Shown here: positions 48,706 to 52,605 of the stretch, piece by piece | Layout: each line of letters begins with the position of its first letter | Position numbering within the stretch: the first letter of the stretch is position 1 | Program-made: the position numbers and the translations under genes | Notes under the pieces: generated by a model | What the model was told of the DNA's origin: nothing | The model's database searches: none | The model's input: only the letters and a program-made list of their open reading frames with translations | NCBI GenBank assembly: GCA_016840085.1 | Contig: JAEOTA010000008.1 | Coordinates: forward strand, 1 to 52,605 | Direction: 5' to 3' | DNA: 52,605 nucleotides | From: Promethearchaeota archaeon | GTDB taxonomy: Archaea; Asgardarchaeota; Lokiarchaeia; Sigyniarchaeales; SOKP01

Positions 48706-50556
48706 TCATTTACTTATTAATTCTTTAAATTCTTTTAAGTCTTTTATATTATCAAATTTTTTATCTGATAATGCTCTTTGAATATAAGTTTTATCAAGTT
48801 CAATTACTTTTCCTAATAGTTCCAAAGCACTCGTGTGATTATTTTTTAGTGATTCAAGACAGGCAATATTATAAAATATTTCACTATTAGTAGGGTCAGC
48901 TTTCAGTGATTTATTAAGATAGTGTTCAGCTTTTTCCAAATTTTCTAAATTCATAAATAAGTTGCCAAGATTGTTCTGAACATCAGCAACATTGTATAAA
49001 TAGGTTGTAGGGTCCTGTTTTGCATATATTTTAAAGATTTTTAGTGCTCCAAGAAACATTTTCTCTGCCTCCTCAAATTTCTGTAATCTGAGGTAGACAT
49101 TTCCAAGACAATTGGTTATTATAGCAACATTATGCATATATATTTGTGGATTTTGTTCTGCTAATCGTTTGGAAATTTTTAATGCTTTCTGGTACCTCGG
49201 TTCTGCCTCCTCAAATTTGTTTATACTTGCATACAAGTCTCCAAGATCTAATAGAGTAAGGACTAACTCAGGTAAAACTTGATCGGGATATTTTTTAGCA
49301 ATATTTTTTTTAATTTTTAATGCTTCGAGATGCATCTTTTCAGCATCTTCAAATTTACTTAATTCGCTATATATCATTCCAAGATTACTCTGAGTCTTAG
49401 CGATATCAACTAAATACATGTCGTAACACATTTTTGCTAATTTTCTATAACTATCTAGAGAATCAAGGGATCCATCTTGAATATCTTCCAATAAGTCTAA
49501 ATCAATGCAGACGTTTCCCAAATCACTAGTGATTGAGGGCTCTTCAGGTAAGTATACATCGTAGTATTGTTTTAATACCTCGTTATACGTCTTTAAATCA
49601 TCAAGATATGACTTTTCTGGATCTTCATATTCTTTTAAATCAAAGTCAGGAGAATGCAGATCATAATATTGTTTCTTTAACTCTTTATAGGCATTCAAAG
49701 CATCAAGATAATTCTTTTCTGCATCTTCAAATCGCTTTAAGTCAATATATAGTGTTCCGAGGTTTTTTTGAGTCGCAGCTACATAGGGTAAATATATTCT
49801 ATAATATTGTTTAGCCAATTTTTTATATATGTTTAAAGCGTTAAGGTAAATCTTCTCTGCTTCCTCAGATCTGCCTATGGAAGAAAATAGATTTCCAAGT
49901 GCTATTAAAATTGGCGCTTTATATTTATCTTCAAGTACCATTAATGTTTCTGCAATATCAATTAATCTTTTATATCGATAATCAACTTGATCTATTTTAT
50001 TAACAACTATAAGAAATTCATTAACCAACTTCTCAGAAGGATTTAATTTTGAGTTATGAAAAAGAATCTCAATATCGTCAGAAAGATTATCTCCATATTT
50101 TTTTTTCTTTATCTCATAATATAATATTGCTTTTTCATGAGATTCTTCATCTGTTAAACTTTCTAAAAAATTTTGAATTTGTAAAGATATGAATTGGTAT
50201 ATTTCTTTTTTTTTCCTTTTTTTCTTATGTATTATACCAGTATTTACTATATCGTTGAAAATTTCCACAATATTTGGCAATATATAGCTGGTTTCAACAA
50301 TTTTCCTATCAATATTAGTTTCCACATCTGTATTTATCACAGATAATTTCTTAAGTAATTCTAATGCGTCTGAATTTGATGAGAAAATCTCCTCAATAAC
50401 TTTCTTATAAAGATTGTGTACTTCTGGTTCATCAAAAGGCTTTAATTTATCGAAATTTATACTTTGGTAATTTTTTCTAATTATTTTTATAATATCAGAA
50501 TATTCCTCAGGAATCTTTTTTATAAATTCTAATACTTTATTTGGTAGTCTTGGCAT
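48706..50556 (-). CDS. TPR protein (long kinesin-light-chain-like repeats) with N-terminal winged-helix-like region
   Basis: Repeated A.TQ.NLG.LY..L.RFE.AE..YL.AL units; final YNIACLESL TPR. Confidence 0.9.
   Translation of the reverse strand: MPRLPNKVLEFIKKIPEEYSDIIKIIRKNYQSINFDKLKPFDEPEVHNLYKKVIEEIFSSNSDALELLKKLSVINTDVETNIDRKIVETSYILPNIVEIFNDIVNTGIIHKKKRKKKEIYQFISLQIQNFLESLTDEESHEKAILYYEIKKKKYGDNLSDDIEILFHNSKLNPSEKLVNEFLIVVNKIDQVDYRYKRLIDIAETLMVLEDKYKAPILIALGNLFSSIGRSEEAEKIYLNALNIYKKLAKQYYRIYLPYVAATQKNLGTLYIDLKRFEDAEKNYLDALNAYKELKKQYYDLHSPDFDLKEYEDPEKSYLDDLKTYNEVLKQYYDVYLPEEPSITSDLGNVCIDLDLLEDIQDGSLDSLDSYRKLAKMCYDMYLVDIAKTQSNLGMIYSELSKFEDAEKMHLEALKIKKNIAKKYPDQVLPELVLTLLDLGDLYASINKFEEAEPRYQKALKISKRLAEQNPQIYMHNVAIITNCLGNVYLRLQKFEEAEKMFLGALKIFKIYAKQDPTTYLYNVADVQNNLGNLFMNLENLEKAEHYLNKSLKADPTNSEIFYNIACLESLKNNHTSALELLGKVIELDKTYIQRALSDKKFDNIKDLKEFKELISK
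48721..48844 (-). repeat. Direct repeat B, upstream copy (3' end of TPR gene)
   Basis: Matches 46745-46868; 5 mismatches over the 97-bp core by hand count. Confidence 0.92.
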
Positions 50557-50752
50557 AAATCACTTCTTCAAATTCTATTTATTAATGTTGAAGTTCACAC
50601 GTTAATATTTAAATGTACTTGATCAATAAAAAATAGAAGGAGAATATTCAAACTCTAATTTGTTATTTTCAAAATTGAAATTCTAACATATATTTAAATA
50701 TGACAATATAATCTATAACTTTATATCAAATAACAAGGTTGATATTGTAATT

Positions 50753-52438
50753 ATGATGAAATCTAATTTACCCAGAAAATTTTTAATTTTTTTGATAATC
50801 TTTACTGTTTTTGTTGGAAATGTGCAAATTAGGACATATACAAAAGTTGATACTCTTAATTCAGCAGAAGTTAAGTCTTCAGCTATGCAAATAAATTTAG
50901 CTGCATGGATTATAATAGCTGGTGATAGAGAATCTGATCATGCAGCAGTTACGCAAATAAAACAAGGAAGTGATACTGCTTATTTTATATTAGCGAGTCG
51001 AGGTTTTTCCACCAATGATATAATGTATTTGGGACCTGCTTGGGATACTCAACTAATATATCATTCTTTTTTACAAGATGATGTTGCTACTTGTGAGAAT
51101 ATTGAATGGGCTATTAAAACTTGGGCACCAACTAGAGGAGTAGACGCCACTCATGGACTAGGAATCTATCTATTTGATCATGGTGGAACTAATAGTATGG
51201 CTATAACTGGCCCAAATCTTGCTGATTCTTCATTAAATACTTGGTTAGATGAGCTAGAGGCTAGTTCTGGTTGTAATCGTATGGTTATAATCTATGAGGC
51301 TTGTCATGCTGGCTCATTTATTGATCCTATTAGCAAACATAATCGTATTGTAATAACCTCAACAGATAGTGCAGGTAGTGCATATGCAAGCTCTAGTTGG
51401 GCTTATTTCTCTGAAAAATTTTTTTCATCAATAATAGCATGCAAGACAATTGGAGAGTGTTTTGAAGATGCTGTAGCATATGTAGAAGCTTTGGATGTTA
51501 CAGAATATCCTATGATTGATGATAACCATGATGAAACAGGACATCAAGTAGATGCATGGGGAAATTTACCAAATGGTGGAGACGGTTCAGATGCATTAAA
51601 TTATTGGATAGGGACGGGGAGTAATTGTCCGATAACGCTCATACAGTGGTTACCACTAAAATGTTACGTAAGTATACAAGCTCCTATTGCTCCTATGTGG
51701 GCAGTTGTAAAAAATGATTCTGCAATTAAGAAAGTTTATGTGAGAGTAATTCCGCCAGATTGGGTGCCCCCAGTTCCTCCACAACCTGATGATGACGGTA
51801 TAAAAATGATTCCTGATGGGATATTACCGCAGTATTTACACGATACTTATGGTGATGGAAATTATACTGGATTTCTTTATACACGTGATTTCAAGACTAA
51901 GAAAGGTGATTATAAAGTAACACTTCATGCAGAGAGTGAAGATGGCTCTGTTGCAGATATAGAATCAACTTATATTACCTTAAATGATGATGGAACAACA
52001 CCTGCTGATACTACTCCTCCAACAATTTCCATTACTCATCCGAGTAATGGTGCTAATATTAGTGGTATTGTGGAGGTTACTGCTGAAGGCGATGATGATC
52101 AAGCTCTTGATAAAATTCAGATTTATATTGATGGTGTAAAAGTAAAAAAAGAAGCCATGCCATCATATTATCCTTATCCAGAAGTTAGTTATAGTCTAAA
52201 TACAAACAAATATGTAAATGGAACACATAACATTACCGCAACTGCTATAGATAAAGCAAACAATACGAAGTCGACCTCAATAACTGCAGATTTTGGTATA
52301 GTAGAAGAAAAAGAAGAAGGCTGGTTAGAAAGAATACCTGGTTATAACATTTATACTCTATATACTGGAACTTTGCTCGGAGTTATTATTGTGTTTACTA
52401 GATACCGAAAAAGACGCCACTATAGGAAACATAACTAA
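50753..52438 (+). CDS. Secreted clan CD (C13/legumain-like) cysteine peptidase with Ig-like domain and IPGY-type C-terminal sorting signal
   Basis: Signal peptide; IIIAG, YLFDHGG, IYEACHAGSFI, RIVITST; DTTPPTISITHP..NGTHNITATAIDKANN; IPGY-hydrophobic-RYRKRR. Confidence 0.85.
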   Translation: MMKSNLPRKFLIFLIIFTVFVGNVQIRTYTKVDTLNSAEVKSSAMQINLAAWIIIAGDRESDHAAVTQIKQGSDTAYFILASRGFSTNDIMYLGPAWDTQLIYHSFLQDDVATCENIEWAIKTWAPTRGVDATHGLGIYLFDHGGTNSMAITGPNLADSSLNTWLDELEASSGCNRMVIIYEACHAGSFIDPISKHNRIVITSTDSAGSAYASSSWAYFSEKFFSSIIACKTIGECFEDAVAYVEALDVTEYPMIDDNHDETGHQVDAWGNLPNGGDGSDALNYWIGTGSNCPITLIQWLPLKCYVSIQAPIAPMWAVVKNDSAIKKVYVRVIPPDWVPPVPPQPDDDGIKMIPDGILPQYLHDTYGDGNYTGFLYTRDFKTKKGDYKVTLHAESEDGSVADIESTYITLNDDGTTPADTTPPTISITHPSNGANISGIVEVTAEGDDDQALDKIQIYIDGVKVKKEAMPSYYPYPEVSYSLNTNKYVNGTHNITATAIDKANNTKSTSITADFGIVEEKEEGWLERIPGYNIYTLYTGTLLGVIIVFTRYRKRRHYRKHN

Positions 52439-52605
52439 AAATTTTAATCCTTATCTTATTTTCTTTTTTTTTTATAGAATCAGTATCTAATGAAGTATTT
52501 ATTTATCTTTAATTTTTTATTTTTTTTATTCCGACATTAATCTCACTTTAACTGTTATATATCATTCATTTTTGGAAAGATGTGAAAAATGTCTCCACTA
52601 GCATA

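Noticed and set aside
1100-49814. Short antisense or nested ORFs in the track (e.g. 1100-1294, 6445-6639, 10356-10730, 28009-28404, 43061-43366, 49533-49814)
   Set aside because: They lie within well-supported genes and have no recognisable motifs; shadow ORFs.

Overview
AT-rich archaeal chromosomal window, most likely Asgard archaea (Lokiarchaeia/Promethearchaeota). This rests on a Rab-like GTPase, roadblock- and longin-like proteins, an IPGY-type C-terminal sorting signal, SmsCB-type Fe-S genes, a PAC2 chaperone and a CCA-less tRNA-Ala(GGC). Most genes are housekeeping or metabolic: pepT 3' end, rpiA, purE, thiolase, dut, gatC, acyl-CoA synthetase alpha, MoxR-vWA pair, sufC/sufB-like, queC/queD, P1B ATPase, serA. 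There is also an MNT-HEPN toxin-antitoxin pair. No rRNA, CRISPR array, transposase or integrase was recognised. Main observations: (1) Two independent integrase-free cargo insertions, an ABC-2 exporter pair (2,466-bp unit) and serA (1,976-bp unit). Each is bracketed by a diverged direct repeat of the 3' end of the upstream protein-coding gene, so that gene stays intact and an orphan 3' end is left downstream. (2) An in-frame SDR/NAD(P)-binding domain-QueC fusion divergent from queD. (3) A 1,330-aa membrane-anchored subtilase whose post-catalytic region resembles eukaryotic Site-1 protease. (4) Two genes broken by a single lesion each, and an unannotated 42-aa membrane microprotein. All family calls are by motif recognition and hand alignment; no searches were run.
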